Virus record (IMG/VR): IMGVR_UViG_3300038492_000581
Coordinates: 25,815 to 89,814 of that record
Strand: one strand, 5' to 3'
Source: a virus
Taxonomy: Duplodnaviria > Heunggongvirae > Uroviricota > Caudoviricetes
Length of the DNA stretch: 64,000 nt
Shown: positions 27,380-35,510 of the stretch, piece by piece
Numbering within the stretch: the first letter of the stretch is position 1
Layout of the letters: each line of letters opens with the position of its first letter
Position numbers and translations under genes: made by a program
The notes under the pieces: model-generated
Told to the model about the DNA's origin: nothing
The model's database searches: none
Seen by the model: the letters and a program-made list of their open reading frames with translations, nothing else

Positions 27380-27896
27380 TAGCCAATCTTACCAACTTGT
27401 TGTGATTGAAGGCCAGCTTGATGGACCCAGTTTGTACGTCGTGGATCGGAAACCATGCGGCGTCATAGCAATCGTCGCCGCCCCGCGGTTGTTTTTGTTC
27501 TTTTGCAATGTTTACCCAGAGGTCTGTTGGGTAGCGATCGGGAATTTGGATTCTTCCAACATGATGGAGGGTTTCGGGAACGAGTCCCGTTTCTTCCCAG
27601 TGTTCTCGAATGGCAGCATCAAACTCCGATTCACCTTCGTTAACGTGTCCGCCAGGCAAGGCCCAGAAATCTGGATAGAGATTGGCATCTTTATTTCTCT
27701 TCACTAAGAGAATATAGTTGCCGTAGAACGTTGCGATATCACCAGTTAAAAGTCGTGATCGATGGGCGACGGCACTGCATTCGCGAGCAAGCTCGCGAAG
27801 ACCTTTATGCTTTTCGGGGTCCGTGTCGTCAATTACTTGTTTTGCAATTTTTTTGAGATAAATCTCAAGATATTTTTCGCGAAGTTCGTCGGTCAT
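27348..27896 (-). CDS. Nudix hydrolase (ADP-ribose/NAD pyrophosphatase-like)
   Basis: Nudix box GGHVNEGESEFDAAIREHWEETGL. Confidence 0.7.
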   Translation of the reverse strand: MTDELREKYLEIYLKKIAKQVIDDTDPEKHKGLRELARECSAVAHRSRLLTGDIATFYGNYILLVKRNKDANLYPDFWALPGGHVNEGESEFDAAIREHWEETGLVPETLHHVGRIQIPDRYPTDLWVNIAKEQKQPRGGDDCYDAAWFPIHDVQTGSIKLAFNHNKLVRLAIVEYEELRNA

Positions 27897-28267
27897 TACT
27901 TGATCTCTTCAAGAATCTCAACGATATTAGGGTAGGTAGACATAAACCCAACACGCCAGCCAGTTATCTTGACGCGGTACTTGTTGCCAGCTTTCAGCTT
28001 ACCATACAAAGAGGATGAACTGAAGTTTCCGTAAGCGATTGTATCTTCGATCTTGAATTCGCCTTCATCAGCGAATACAAGATAGTACGAAGAATCTTGA
28101 TTGTTGATTCGCTCCTTGTCGTTAACTGTGATAGTGATAGTTTCTTCAGTAGAGTACTGAAAGACGAAAGAGACGCCCACCAATCCAATAATCAATAGGA
28201 CGACGAGAAGGACTCCACTCTTAGGTGACGAGGAACGGCGATAACGATTGCGACGTGAATAACCCAT
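27896..28267 (-). CDS. membrane-anchored hypothetical protein
   Basis: TM segment VLLVVLLIIGLVGVSFVF. The track start at 28318 runs into a tRNA-like gene; the internal MGYS start is preferred. Confidence 0.4.
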   Translation of the reverse strand: MGYSRRNRYRRSSSPKSGVLLVVLLIIGLVGVSFVFQYSTEETITITVNDKERINNQDSSYYLVFADEGEFKIEDTIAYGNFSSSSLYGKLKAGNKYRVKITGWRVGFMSTYPNIVEILEEIK

Positions 28268-28291
28268 GAGATTTCTCCATTGTTGTGTTAG

Positions 28292-28369
28292 TGGGGACGG
28301 TGGGGCTCGAACCCACATTTACATCCTATTACCACTGTACGGTTTAGAAGACCGCCGGGATACGTCCCC
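28292..28369 (-). tRNA. atypical tRNA-like, anticodon loop CTTCTAA (Arg TCT). No recognisable D-arm.
   Basis: Perfect acceptor GGGGACG/CGTCCCC, T-arm GTGGGTTCGAGCCCCAC and anticodon arm GCGGT-CTTCTAA-ACCGT. Only 5 nt separate TA(8-9) from the anticodon stem. A 22-nt insert (ACAGTGGTAATAGGATGTAAAT) lies between the anticodon and T arms. Confidence 0.4.
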
Positions 28370-28376
28370 AATTATA

Positions 28377-28631
28377 TTACGACTCTTCTTTGTCAGGAGT
28401 CTCAGGCAACTTTTTGATGCCAACTTGATAACCTGCGATCATAAGAAACGGTGCCACCGACGCAATCGTGAGGAAGAATGCTCCGAAAGATTCTATCACA
28501 ATTCCGATTCCAATACCGCCAAGAATAGACATTACGATGGCAGTGATAAAGCAGGCAATTGTCCAGCCTTGCTGGTCACCTGTGAGATTTTCGAAGAAGG
28601 TTACTGGTTTGCTTGAGTGTCGATATGTCAT
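28377..28631 (-). CDS. small membrane protein
   Basis: 84 aa with two TM helices. Confidence 0.4.
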   Translation of the reverse strand: MTYRHSSKPVTFFENLTGDQQGWTIACFITAIVMSILGGIGIGIVIESFGAFFLTIASVAPFLMIAGYQVGIKKLPETPDKEES

Positions 28632-28639
28632 TTGTAAAG

Positions 28640-28712
28640 TACCCCGGCCAGGAATTGAACCTGGATTTCAAGTTTAGGAAACTCGTGTTCTGTCCTATTG
28701 AACTACCAGGGC
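28640..28712 (-). tRNA. tRNA-Arg (CCT)
   Basis: GCCCTGGTAGTTCAATAGGACAGAACACGAGTTTCCTAAACTTGAAATCCAGGTTCAATTCCTGGCCGGGGTA. Confidence 0.6.
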
Positions 28713-29885
28713 TTAAGGCAGATCCTTAGTATCCCTGAAAACAACTCCAACAGGAAACCTTGGAATTTGATCGTCTGTACGATCAAAGAATCTGATGGTG
28801 AGCGGTTTTCCAATATACTCATCTCTGTCGAGATAAAACTGCCTTCGCTCTTCCATTGTGGCCTTCATGCTGCATTCAAAGGTGCCGTCAGTTACGTCGT
28901 TGCGGCAAACCCAAACGACGCAACCCTCCATCTTTCCTCGGCCCCCTCGGGCAGCGACAACAGTGAATTCGGCGTCTTGAAATTTCTTGACTTTTAAAAG
29001 ATGTGCCGATCGATAGCCCCAAAGATATGTACCACTATTTCCACGAAGCATAGATCCTTCGTATCCATCAGTCATGTGTTGGCCGTATACATCCCACATG
29101 TCGGCTTCGCTGTTGACGTACTCTCCATACACCTTAGTGATATTATCACTTCGCTTGACTACCGCGATTAGATTTGCAAGCCTGTCCCTCCAAGGCAGAC
29201 TATCGTCCCCTCTGTGTGTGGGCACATCATAGACATGATATACAAGATTGAGGCTTTCAGGCTTATAGGATTTGCTTTCCGGATTAGCAGACTTTACCCA
29301 GGATGTAACGCGTTGACACGATTGACCATGAATGTATATTTCGCCATCAAGGATAGTTCCTTCGGGCAACCATTTAGCAAGTTGTTCTTGGATAACTGGA
29401 ACAAAGTATGGCTTGCCCTGTCGCGACGTCAGGCGGATTTCGCCGCCAACATTCTCGGCCAAACATCGTACGCCATCAAGTTTGGGCTGAAGATATCCGG
29501 GCCATTCGAACTTCTTGCCTTTGGTGGTAATCTTACCACTCGTGTTGGAATAAGAATGGGCCGTCATAGGAAGAGGTAACTGCTCTTGTGCCCCTTCTGG
29601 AGTCTCAGAGTACTTACGTTCTAATTTGAACTTATGAAGTGATTCGGCCTCTGAAGCGGCCTGTTCTTCGCCGGTGGTTTCGTTGGATCTTCCTACATTT
29701 TTGGGCACTGCGGTTTTTTGGGAAACTTGAAGTTTGCCACCAACAATACCGTATTCAGTGAAGATTTGATCTCCTTTACTCCAAACACGCCATTGACGCA
29801 ACTCGCCGGACTTACCTTTGTGATAAAGCGTTGGAAAATTCATGAGCGTTTCTTTTTGAGCCAAGACTTTATAAGACGATACCAA
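28713..29885 (-). CDS. ATP-dependent DNA ligase
   Basis: Motif I QPKLDGVR (KxDGxR) with the adenylation and OB domains. About 390 aa, similar in size to the T7 and Chlorella-virus ligases. Confidence 0.8.
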   Translation of the reverse strand: MVSSYKVLAQKETLMNFPTLYHKGKSGELRQWRVWSKGDQIFTEYGIVGGKLQVSQKTAVPKNVGRSNETTGEEQAASEAESLHKFKLERKYSETPEGAQEQLPLPMTAHSYSNTSGKITTKGKKFEWPGYLQPKLDGVRCLAENVGGEIRLTSRQGKPYFVPVIQEQLAKWLPEGTILDGEIYIHGQSCQRVTSWVKSANPESKSYKPESLNLVYHVYDVPTHRGDDSLPWRDRLANLIAVVKRSDNITKVYGEYVNSEADMWDVYGQHMTDGYEGSMLRGNSGTYLWGYRSAHLLKVKKFQDAEFTVVAARGGRGKMEGCVVWVCRNDVTDGTFECSMKATMEERRQFYLDRDEYIGKPLTIRFFDRTDDQIPRFPVGVVFRDTKDLP

Positions 29886-30109
29886 GGGACGCGTTCCTCA
29901 AATAATTCGCAGTCTCCACTATGGTTAACGTCTTCGCATTTTTCAAAACTAACAAAACGAGTTGTGCCTTCTATTGGATGGAATCGTTCGCTTGTGTTTG
30001 ACGATGCTCTACAGAAAAATTTGTATTCAAAGTCAGATTCTTCTATATCGACCATCACTTCGTTTACTTCGGTTATTAGATGTTTGCAATTTTTGCATGC
30101 CACCTTCAT
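29840..30109 (-). CDS. small zinc-ribbon protein
   Basis: MKVACKNCKH...; the internal start is preferred. Confidence 0.3.
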   Translation of the reverse strand: MKVACKNCKHLITEVNEVMVDIEESDFEYKFFCRASSNTSERFHPIEGTTRFVSFEKCEDVNHSGDCELFEERVPWYRLIKSWLKKKRS

Positions 30110-30206
30110 TTTGAAACTCCGACAAAAAAGATGCACGAAACCTGCCGGGCCCAATGGCCACCCGTTGTTTTAACCAGCACTATGTCTTGGGCAGGTTTCA
30201 TGCGAG

Positions 30207-30279
30207 TGGGGGCACCAAGGATTCGAACCTGGATCTGTGCAGTTACAGTGCAGCGTGTTACCGTTAACACTATACCCCC
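30207..30279 (-). tRNA. tRNA with anticodon GTA (Tyr), type I architecture
   Basis: Acceptor GGGGGTA/TGCCCCC, D-arm GTGT-TAACGGTA-ACAC, anticodon loop CTGTAAC and T-arm CCAGGTTCGAATCCTTGG. Confidence 0.5.
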
Positions 30280-30296
30280 AAATTGTTTTTAACAAG

Positions 30297-30368
30297 CAGA
30301 CCAGCCAGGATTCGAACCCGAACCAAGTGATTTGGAATCACCTATGCTACCATTAACACCACTGGCCT
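30297..30368 (-). tRNA. tRNA-Trp (CCA)
   Basis: Acceptor AGGCCAG/CTGGTCT, anticodon arm GGTGA-TTCCAAA-TCACT and T-arm TCGGGTTCGAATCCTGG. Confidence 0.55.
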
Positions 30369-30373
30369 ATTCT

Positions 30374-30673
30374 TCAATAGGGCCTGACAAGTTTCATATC
30401 AATACCCTCACCCTCAGTAGCATTTAGAATAATATTCTTCATGCTACGATGAATTCCTCCATTTGAATCTATGAAACCGAGGCTGCGAAGCGTGTCGCCA
30501 TTGTTGCCGAAAAACTCATAATTTCCATCGCGACATTTCATGACGAGATCGAAAAAAGCTGTTGTATTGTCTTTAAGCAGCCTTTTTAAAGACATCATAG
30601 TGACTGCAACTAAAGGCTTTGCTTCTTGCGTGCCATCTTTGAGTGTAATAACTTCAGTCATTATTGACTCCAT
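30374..30673 (-). CDS. hypothetical protein
   Basis: 99 aa. Confidence 0.4.
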   Translation of the reverse strand: MESIMTEVITLKDGTQEAKPLVAVTMMSLKRLLKDNTTAFFDLVMKCRDGNYEFFGNNGDTLRSLGFIDSNGGIHRSMKNIILNATEGEGIDMKLVRPY

Positions 30674-30691
30674 TGTTTAGTAAATCAAAAA

Positions 30692-30777
30692 ATGAAAGAC
30701 TGGGATTCGAACCCAGACTACGGGTTCCACATAGCTGAAACAACATTCCCGCGTGCTTCCAATTACACTACCTTTCA
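30692..30777 (-). tRNA. tRNA-like gene with a 23-nt insertion where the anticodon loop should be
   Basis: Acceptor TGAAAGG/TCTTTCA, D-arm GTGT-AATTGGAA-GCAC and T-arm CTGGGTTCGAATCCCAG are all good. The stem GCGGG/CCCGT closes a 23-nt loop containing an internal hairpin GTTTC...GGAAC. Confidence 0.4.
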
Positions 30778-30939
30778 AACGCTTTCGCGACTACGCTTTT
30801 CAAACATTGATGTCTTCGCAACATTGAGCCTGTCCGGGGCTTTATCCCGGCTCACGCTTTCTATTGAGTTGCCTCAGCTATGGTTACTCAATGTGTATTG
30901 AATCGATTTATTTGTCAAGCGATGTTGTCGCTTCCGCAG

Positions 30940-31022
30940 CGGACAGAGAAGGACTCGAACCTTCGAGGCTTTTACACCTTACGACTTAGCAGGCCGCTGC
31001 ATTACCACTCTGCCATCTGTCC
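30940..31022 (-). tRNA. tRNA-Ser (GCT), type II
   Basis: GGACAGATGGCAGAGTGGTAATGCAGCGGCCTGCTAAGTCGTAAGGTGTAAAAGCCTCGAAGGTTCGAGTCCTTCTCTGTCCG. Confidence 0.6.
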
Positions 31023-31373
31023 ATTGTGCCAGTTTTCGACAATGTCAAAAACAAGCTTACGTGCATGACTATAGAGCTGCGATGCCTCTCCATGCCACCG
31101 AATTATACCACCTTTTTCGTCCAAAACCACCACTGAGTTATTATTCCCTAAGTTCGTGATGGATGTACATAGAGTACGCATTTCGATTACAATTCGAATA
31201 TGCTCATCTTGGTATACCAAGAAATCATCATAATGCGTTTTCATGGAAATGTGTCCGGCTGTTTTTTCGCAAGCTACGATGCTTCGTATTCTTGAGTCGA
31301 AATCGCCGGGCGTGCCATCGGTCTCCGCAATAAAACGGCACATATGAATGAAAACATTGTCTTGATGATCCAT
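31002..31373 (-). CDS. hypothetical protein
   Basis: The track ORF 31002..31460 spans tRNA-Phe; the internal start MDHQDNVF is preferred. The last 7 codons overlap the 5' end of tRNA-Ser. Confidence 0.3.
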   Translation of the reverse strand: MDHQDNVFIHMCRFIAETDGTPGDFDSRIRSIVACEKTAGHISMKTHYDDFLVYQDEHIRIVIEMRTLCTSITNLGNNNSVVVLDEKGGIIRWHGEASQLYSHARKLVFDIVENWHNGQMAEW

Positions 31374-31398
31374 GCTAACATCATCTCCATTATCAAAG

Positions 31399-31469
31399 TG
31401 GGCTCCCAGGGAGTCGAACCCCAACCTCGGGTACTTCACACCCGCGTGCGACCAATACACCAGAGGCCC
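31399..31469 (-). tRNA. tRNA-Phe (GAA)
   Basis: GGGCCTCTGGTGTATTGGTCGCACGCGGGTGTGAAGTACCCGAGGTTGGGGTTCGACTCCCTGGGAGCCCA. Confidence 0.6.
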
Positions 31470-31511
31470 AGATGGGACCGACTATAAGCCGGCCCTTGCG
31501 TCCGTTAGGAC

Positions 31512-32405
31512 TTACTTGCCCGCAGGAGCAAGCATACGCGTTACGAGGTCGCCAATGCCGCCTTCGCCCAGGAAATAGACCTGAGAGGCCGGATTACCGG
31601 ACATCGATTCCAAAGCCTCAAAACCCCGAATCTGAAGGTAGGCGGGACTGTCGTCCGCCGCAGCCTGAAGCTTCTCGATCTCGTAAGCTCGTGCGTCAGC
31701 GAGTTCACGAATTGCGGTTGCCTTTTCAGAAGCCGCCTTGCGGTCCGCCACGGCTTTCTCGGTGATTTCGGCCAGCTCCAACTTCTTACGTTCCAGCTCG
31801 GCCATCTGCTCGTTGACTTGTTCCTCACGCTTCTTCTTGGCCTCAATGGCTTCCTGAACAAACTGAGGAAGGCGAACATCTCGGATCAGAACTGAGTTCA
31901 CGATAATGCCTTCGGGCCCAACAGCTTCGGCAAGACGGGTAGTCAGATCGGTCTGCATAGTTGCTTGGATCTGATCTTCGAAGAACAATTCAGCCTTCTC
32001 AGTACCTTTGCCGACCTCTCGCGAAAGTGAGCGGAAGTTGGGGAGAAGGTGGACCGCCAACAGTCTATCGACCGGGGCATCGCTACCGTGCTCCGTGACG
32101 ATGTGCTCGGCCATCGTTGGATTGATTTCGTACTGAATGGAAAAATCAAAATTTGTAATCAGACGATCCTGAGAGGGCATTCCAACCTTCTGCTTCTCAG
32201 TTTTATCGTAACACTCAATTTCGGTGAAACTGGTTACGACATTGAGGGGCGACCAGTTCGGGCCAGGCTGAAGAGTGACCACGACTTTGCCGAAACGTTT
32301 GCCGACTTTGACAGTACCATCATCGACGCCCTCGTAGCCGCCGAACATAGCGATGAGAAGAACGATGCCGAAAAACGCGGCAACACCAAGTTTAACAGGA
32401 CTCAT
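31512..32405 (-). CDS. SPFH/Band-7 (prohibitin/HflC-like) membrane protein
   Basis: N-terminal TM, SPFH core ...IRDVRLPQFVQEAIEAKKKREEQ... and a coiled-coil tail. Confidence 0.65.
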   Translation of the reverse strand: MSPVKLGVAAFFGIVLLIAMFGGYEGVDDGTVKVGKRFGKVVVTLQPGPNWSPLNVVTSFTEIECYDKTEKQKVGMPSQDRLITNFDFSIQYEINPTMAEHIVTEHGSDAPVDRLLAVHLLPNFRSLSREVGKGTEKAELFFEDQIQATMQTDLTTRLAEAVGPEGIIVNSVLIRDVRLPQFVQEAIEAKKKREEQVNEQMAELERKKLELAEITEKAVADRKAASEKATAIRELADARAYEIEKLQAAADDSPAYLQIRGFEALESMSGNPASQVYFLGEGGIGDLVTRMLAPAGK

Positions 32406-32434
32406 ATAGATTCTCCAGGTTTTTAGTAAGGGAG

Positions 32435-32512
32435 TAGCGGCGGTTGGATTTGAACCAACATGTAACCGGGTTACGCTTTCTACGTCTTATCAGGACGAGG
32501 CGATACACCGCC
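32435..32512 (-). tRNA. atypical tRNA-like, anticodon loop CTGATAA (Ile GAT). No recognisable D-arm.
   Basis: Acceptor GGCGGTG/CGCCGCT, TA(8-9), then after 5 nt the anticodon arm TCGTC-CTGATAA-GACGT, a 23-nt insert with the hairpin GTAAC-CCG-GTTAC, and T-arm GTTGGTTCAAATCCAAC. The architecture matches 28292..28369. Confidence 0.4.
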
Positions 32513-32877
32513 AGAATTATTCGATTTTTCTTTCCATTTCAAGCCCGAAAACGTTCTACAAAAGATGCTTCGAAGTCGCAAAGCTTGGGTTCTCATAGTT
32601 GCTGTGATTGTCATGATCTTTAAGACAAAACTTGGTCTTGATGAGGAAACTGCCAGCAACATTATGAAGGTTGCAATGGCCTACATTGTTGGGCAAGGAG
32701 TCGCAGATCTTGGTAAAGAGAAAGCAAGCAATATTTCGACTTCCGTAGACTAATTGTCAAAATCAAAATGACAATCGCACTCGCAGCCCCATAGGGCTGT
32801 TTAAGTTGCAGCCATCACACAAATCATGATTGCCAGCAAGACAATCTTCACTAAGAGCATCAAAACAATTGTTCATC

Positions 32878-33903
32878 TTATTTTTCTCTTTCAAGATATT
32901 CAGGACTTCTTTGCTTGAGTATCAACCTGCCACCAAGTTTTTCTGACCTCTGCTCCCGCATGGGGCGGATCACGATGCCTTCGCGACGTGTATCAAGCAA
33001 CGCAGAGGTGCCGTTTGATGCTTCTTGTATAGTTCTACCACACAGCCAGTCAGCAAGCAAAACATTTTGTCCTAAAATTGGTACCATTGCAATGCCCATC
33101 GAGGTGCACAAATTAACGAACGAATCAACGTCGATCCAATTATAACCCACTTTGATATCGAATACTCTAACATCAAGCTCCGATAGCCTGTAGATGTTCT
33201 TTTGGAATCCAGGACCAATAAACTCTCCGTAAAGTGTCACAGTCTCGCCATAAGATTGTGAGATCCTTTTTGCTTTATGAAGCAGACCTGTTCTCTTGGC
33301 GACCGCCCAGTACGAATGATCTTCCTCACCATCAGGCACGATGGTAAATCTACGTTGACTGACAAAGGCTTCGTCTGTTTCAGGATTGTATGTTACGGAA
33401 AAGTTAGATCCTTCAAGCTTCTCAGTAATAAGCACTCTTTGATTCATCAGTTCTTGTGCGACTTCAGCGTAACGATCAGCACCCTCTATGTCATACATGC
33501 TCAGCCCTTCGGGTAACGCATGAAGACGACCGTTTTTGCAAGGCACCTCGGGCGGCTCGTATTTGGTTACGCCAAAGAACTCTGTCAAGTCGCCTTTGCA
33601 AGCTGCGGCCAACGATGCGGGCCCAACAATACCCTGAGAGATTTCGCCACGCAAACGCACGGTCTTTACTCTATCTTTCTTCTTACCCGAGAGTTTTCCC
33701 GTAAGACCCAGTTGTTCTTGAACACGCTCAGGTAGAATAGAATCGATTGGGAAGTAAACTACCTTGTCGCCGGGAACGTATGATTCACGACCAACAACAA
33801 ACTGAAACGTTGATCCAGCAAGCGTTGCAATATCAAGCCGGTCAGCTTGAGGGTGACGTTTTACTGTATTTATTGTTTCAATGGTTACGCCGAAAAAGCT
33901 CAT
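32878..33903 (-). CDS. RNA ligase-like nucleotidyltransferase with an N-terminal tRNA-binding (Myf/EMAP-like OB) domain
   Basis: N terminus VKRHPQADRLDIATLAGSTFQFVVGRESYVPGDKVVYFP fits the tRNA-binding domain pattern HP.AD.L..........V.G......G..V. The central KxDG-type motif ITEKLEGSNFSV fits ATP-dependent ligase motif I. Confidence 0.5.
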   Translation of the reverse strand: MSFFGVTIETINTVKRHPQADRLDIATLAGSTFQFVVGRESYVPGDKVVYFPIDSILPERVQEQLGLTGKLSGKKKDRVKTVRLRGEISQGIVGPASLAAACKGDLTEFFGVTKYEPPEVPCKNGRLHALPEGLSMYDIEGADRYAEVAQELMNQRVLITEKLEGSNFSVTYNPETDEAFVSQRRFTIVPDGEEDHSYWAVAKRTGLLHKAKRISQSYGETVTLYGEFIGPGFQKNIYRLSELDVRVFDIKVGYNWIDVDSFVNLCTSMGIAMVPILGQNVLLADWLCGRTIQEASNGTSALLDTRREGIVIRPMREQRSEKLGGRLILKQRSPEYLEREK

Positions 33904-33904
33904 T

Positions 33905-34144
33905 TTATCGAATCCGAGTTATACCACAGTCAGAACAGCCATAAGGCAGGCCCAGGCCACCACATTTTGAGCATGTTTTGTATGGCCGAATACGAAACTT
34001 GACTATCTTCCTGCCATAAAACTTGCTATTAGGGCTCAACGTCATATCAAAGATGTCGTCTGGTGCTTTATTATCAAAGGCCCAATACTTATCGTCTTTG
34101 TCGAACCAGACATTACAAAGAAAGCCCTCCATTGGTTTACTCAA
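33905..34144 (-). CDS. small zinc-ribbon protein
   Basis: C-terminal CSKCGGLGLPYGCSDCG. Confidence 0.35.
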   Translation of the reverse strand: MSKPMEGFLCNVWFDKDDKYWAFDNKAPDDIFDMTLSPNSKFYGRKIVKFRIRPYKTCSKCGGLGLPYGCSDCGITRIR

Positions 34145-34427
34145 CCAAAGACGGCCACGAATCGCCTGCCTCGATAAGATCTGTCCAGTCGAGGCTGTAG
34201 TATTCTGGGTGATATCCAGAAAGAGATCTACTAAAGTAACTCAACTGTCTGCCAATCAATGCTTCTCTCAGCGTGGCTGCTTCGCAGCCATTGTCACCAT
34301 TATAGCTACTAATGTAGACCGACGACCCCTCCTTATTGGCAGGCATTATGATGATTGCTGAGTCTGGATCTTCCCAACAACATGTATCAGAAAGAATCTG
34401 TTCGATTGTTGCGTCTTGTGCTTTCAT
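34137..34427 (-). CDS. hypothetical protein
   Basis: 96 aa. Confidence 0.35.
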   Translation of the reverse strand: MKAQDATIEQILSDTCCWEDPDSAIIIMPANKEGSSVYISSYNGDNGCEAATLREALIGRQLSYFSRSLSGYHPEYYSLDWTDLIEAGDSWPSLVE

Positions 34428-34480
34428 TATTCGCTCGCTGCTTCTGGGTTATATATGTCTATAGCTGAAAACGCTTTCAT

Positions 34481-34699
34481 TCATCTACCCAACAAACGTC
34501 GTTCTACCGAACGGATCGTGCAAACAGCGTCTCCGCCGATGTCAACATGAGCGTTGGCACGCCTGTCGGCATCACCGACACTTACAGTATAGACGCGTTT
34601 GCTAAAATCTGCACAGATTTCCTCAAATATTTTTCGAGCAAATTTTTCTGGATCTTGTCCAGCTTCGTTCCAAAGCTTTTCGATCATAAGTGCCTCCAC
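34481..34699 (-). CDS. hypothetical protein
   Basis: 72 aa. The start codon directly abuts the tRNA-like element. Confidence 0.35.
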   Translation of the reverse strand: MEALMIEKLWNEAGQDPEKFARKIFEEICADFSKRVYTVSVGDADRRANAHVDIGGDAVCTIRSVERRLLGR

Positions 34700-34765
34700 C
34701 AGGACTCGAACCTGGATCTTACTGATTAAGAGTCAGCCGTAATGTCCATTATACTACAGAGTCAT
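34691..34765 (-). tRNA. tRNA-like or pseudo-tRNA, anticodon loop CTCTTAA (Lys CTT). Acceptor stem does not pair.
   Basis: D-arm GTAG-TATAATGGACA-TTAC, anticodon arm GCTGA-CTCTTAA-TCAGT and T-arm CCAGGTTCGAGTCCTGG are all good. The 3' strand TGGAGGC has no complementary 5' strand. Confidence 0.3.
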
Positions 34766-35070
34766 TATTCAATTGGCGGTCCAAAGATCAAAATAAAGTG
34801 ATCGCCGCCAGGGCTTGTTGCTACCGTCATTGTTCCAGGACCCTTGGGTAGCTGGGAAAAGATAGATTCTTCTATCGCAAGAAACCCCAATGATACATCT
34901 TCGACTTCGATAATCTGAGATTGTTCAATCTCCGGAAATCCGGGCGGGGTTCGATCGACTGTGATTAACGGATCGAGTCCAGAAGCGGAAAATGTCATGC
35001 CAGAAACGAATGCCGTGCTTGCCATCAAGAGACATGACACCAAGATGAGGAGTAAATCCTTCTTGGACAT
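34765..35070 (-). CDS. secreted or lipoprotein-like hypothetical protein
   Basis: Signal peptide-like MSKKDLLLILVSCLLMASTAFVSG. The track start at 35124 is likely a non-ATG artefact. Confidence 0.4.
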   Translation of the reverse strand: MSKKDLLLILVSCLLMASTAFVSGMTFSASGLDPLITVDRTPPGFPEIEQSQIIEVEDVSLGFLAIEESIFSQLPKGPGTMTVATSPGGDHFILIFGPPIE

Positions 35071-35141
35071 CTTTTTGCCCTTTGGTGCTTCTACTTTCTT
35101 GTATTCTTTTTCGACCACTATCAAGCTCCTTTATAAAGAGA

Positions 35142-35213
35142 TTGCCCACCTGGGACTCGAACCCAGAAGACCAGTGTGTAAAACTGGCATGATAGCCTTT
35201 TCATCAGCGGGCA
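35142..35213 (-). tRNA. tRNA-Val (TAC)
   Basis: TGCCCGCTGATGAAAAGGCTATCATGCCAGTTTTACACACTGGTCTTCTGGGTTCGAGTCCCAGGTGGGCAA. Confidence 0.6.
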
Positions 35214-35388
35214 TTGTGCCGATGTTGTCCTACCTTTCAGACTTCTCTGACGAAATTATTACCAGCCCATCGGCAGACACGGCCTTTTTCATCGCAGAGC
35301 GGGTTCGCGGTTATTCTTATTTGTTTAATCCCAGCAATAATAACCGACACGAAGAACGTCGCTGGAAGATTATGAGGCAAAGCCTCAG

Positions 35389-35463
35389 CGATCCCGGCCG
35401 GATTTGAACCGGCGTTAACGGCGTGACAAGCCGACGTGATAGACCATACTACACTACGGGACC
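35389..35463 (-). tRNA. tRNA-Asp (GTC)
   Basis: Acceptor GGTCCCG/CGGGATC, anticodon loop TTGTCAC and T-arm GCCGGTTCAAATCCGGC. Confidence 0.6.
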
Positions 35464-35510
35464 AGTCTATGTGAACCAAACTGTTTCGCGATCTTTGTAT
35501 GGCATTTATT

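Noticed and set aside
30786-30935. Possible additional tRNA between the insertion-containing tRNA-like gene and tRNA-Ser(GCT)
   Set aside because: It contains a hairpin CCGGGGCTTTATCCCGG and a TTGACA hexamer, but no T-loop (GTTCRANYC) or acceptor pairing. It is more likely a promoter or processing spacer than a tRNA.
31541-31879. 112-aa minus-strand ORF in another frame of the SPFH gene
   Set aside because: Overlaps the SPFH-domain gene in a different frame. Arg/Pro-rich artefact.
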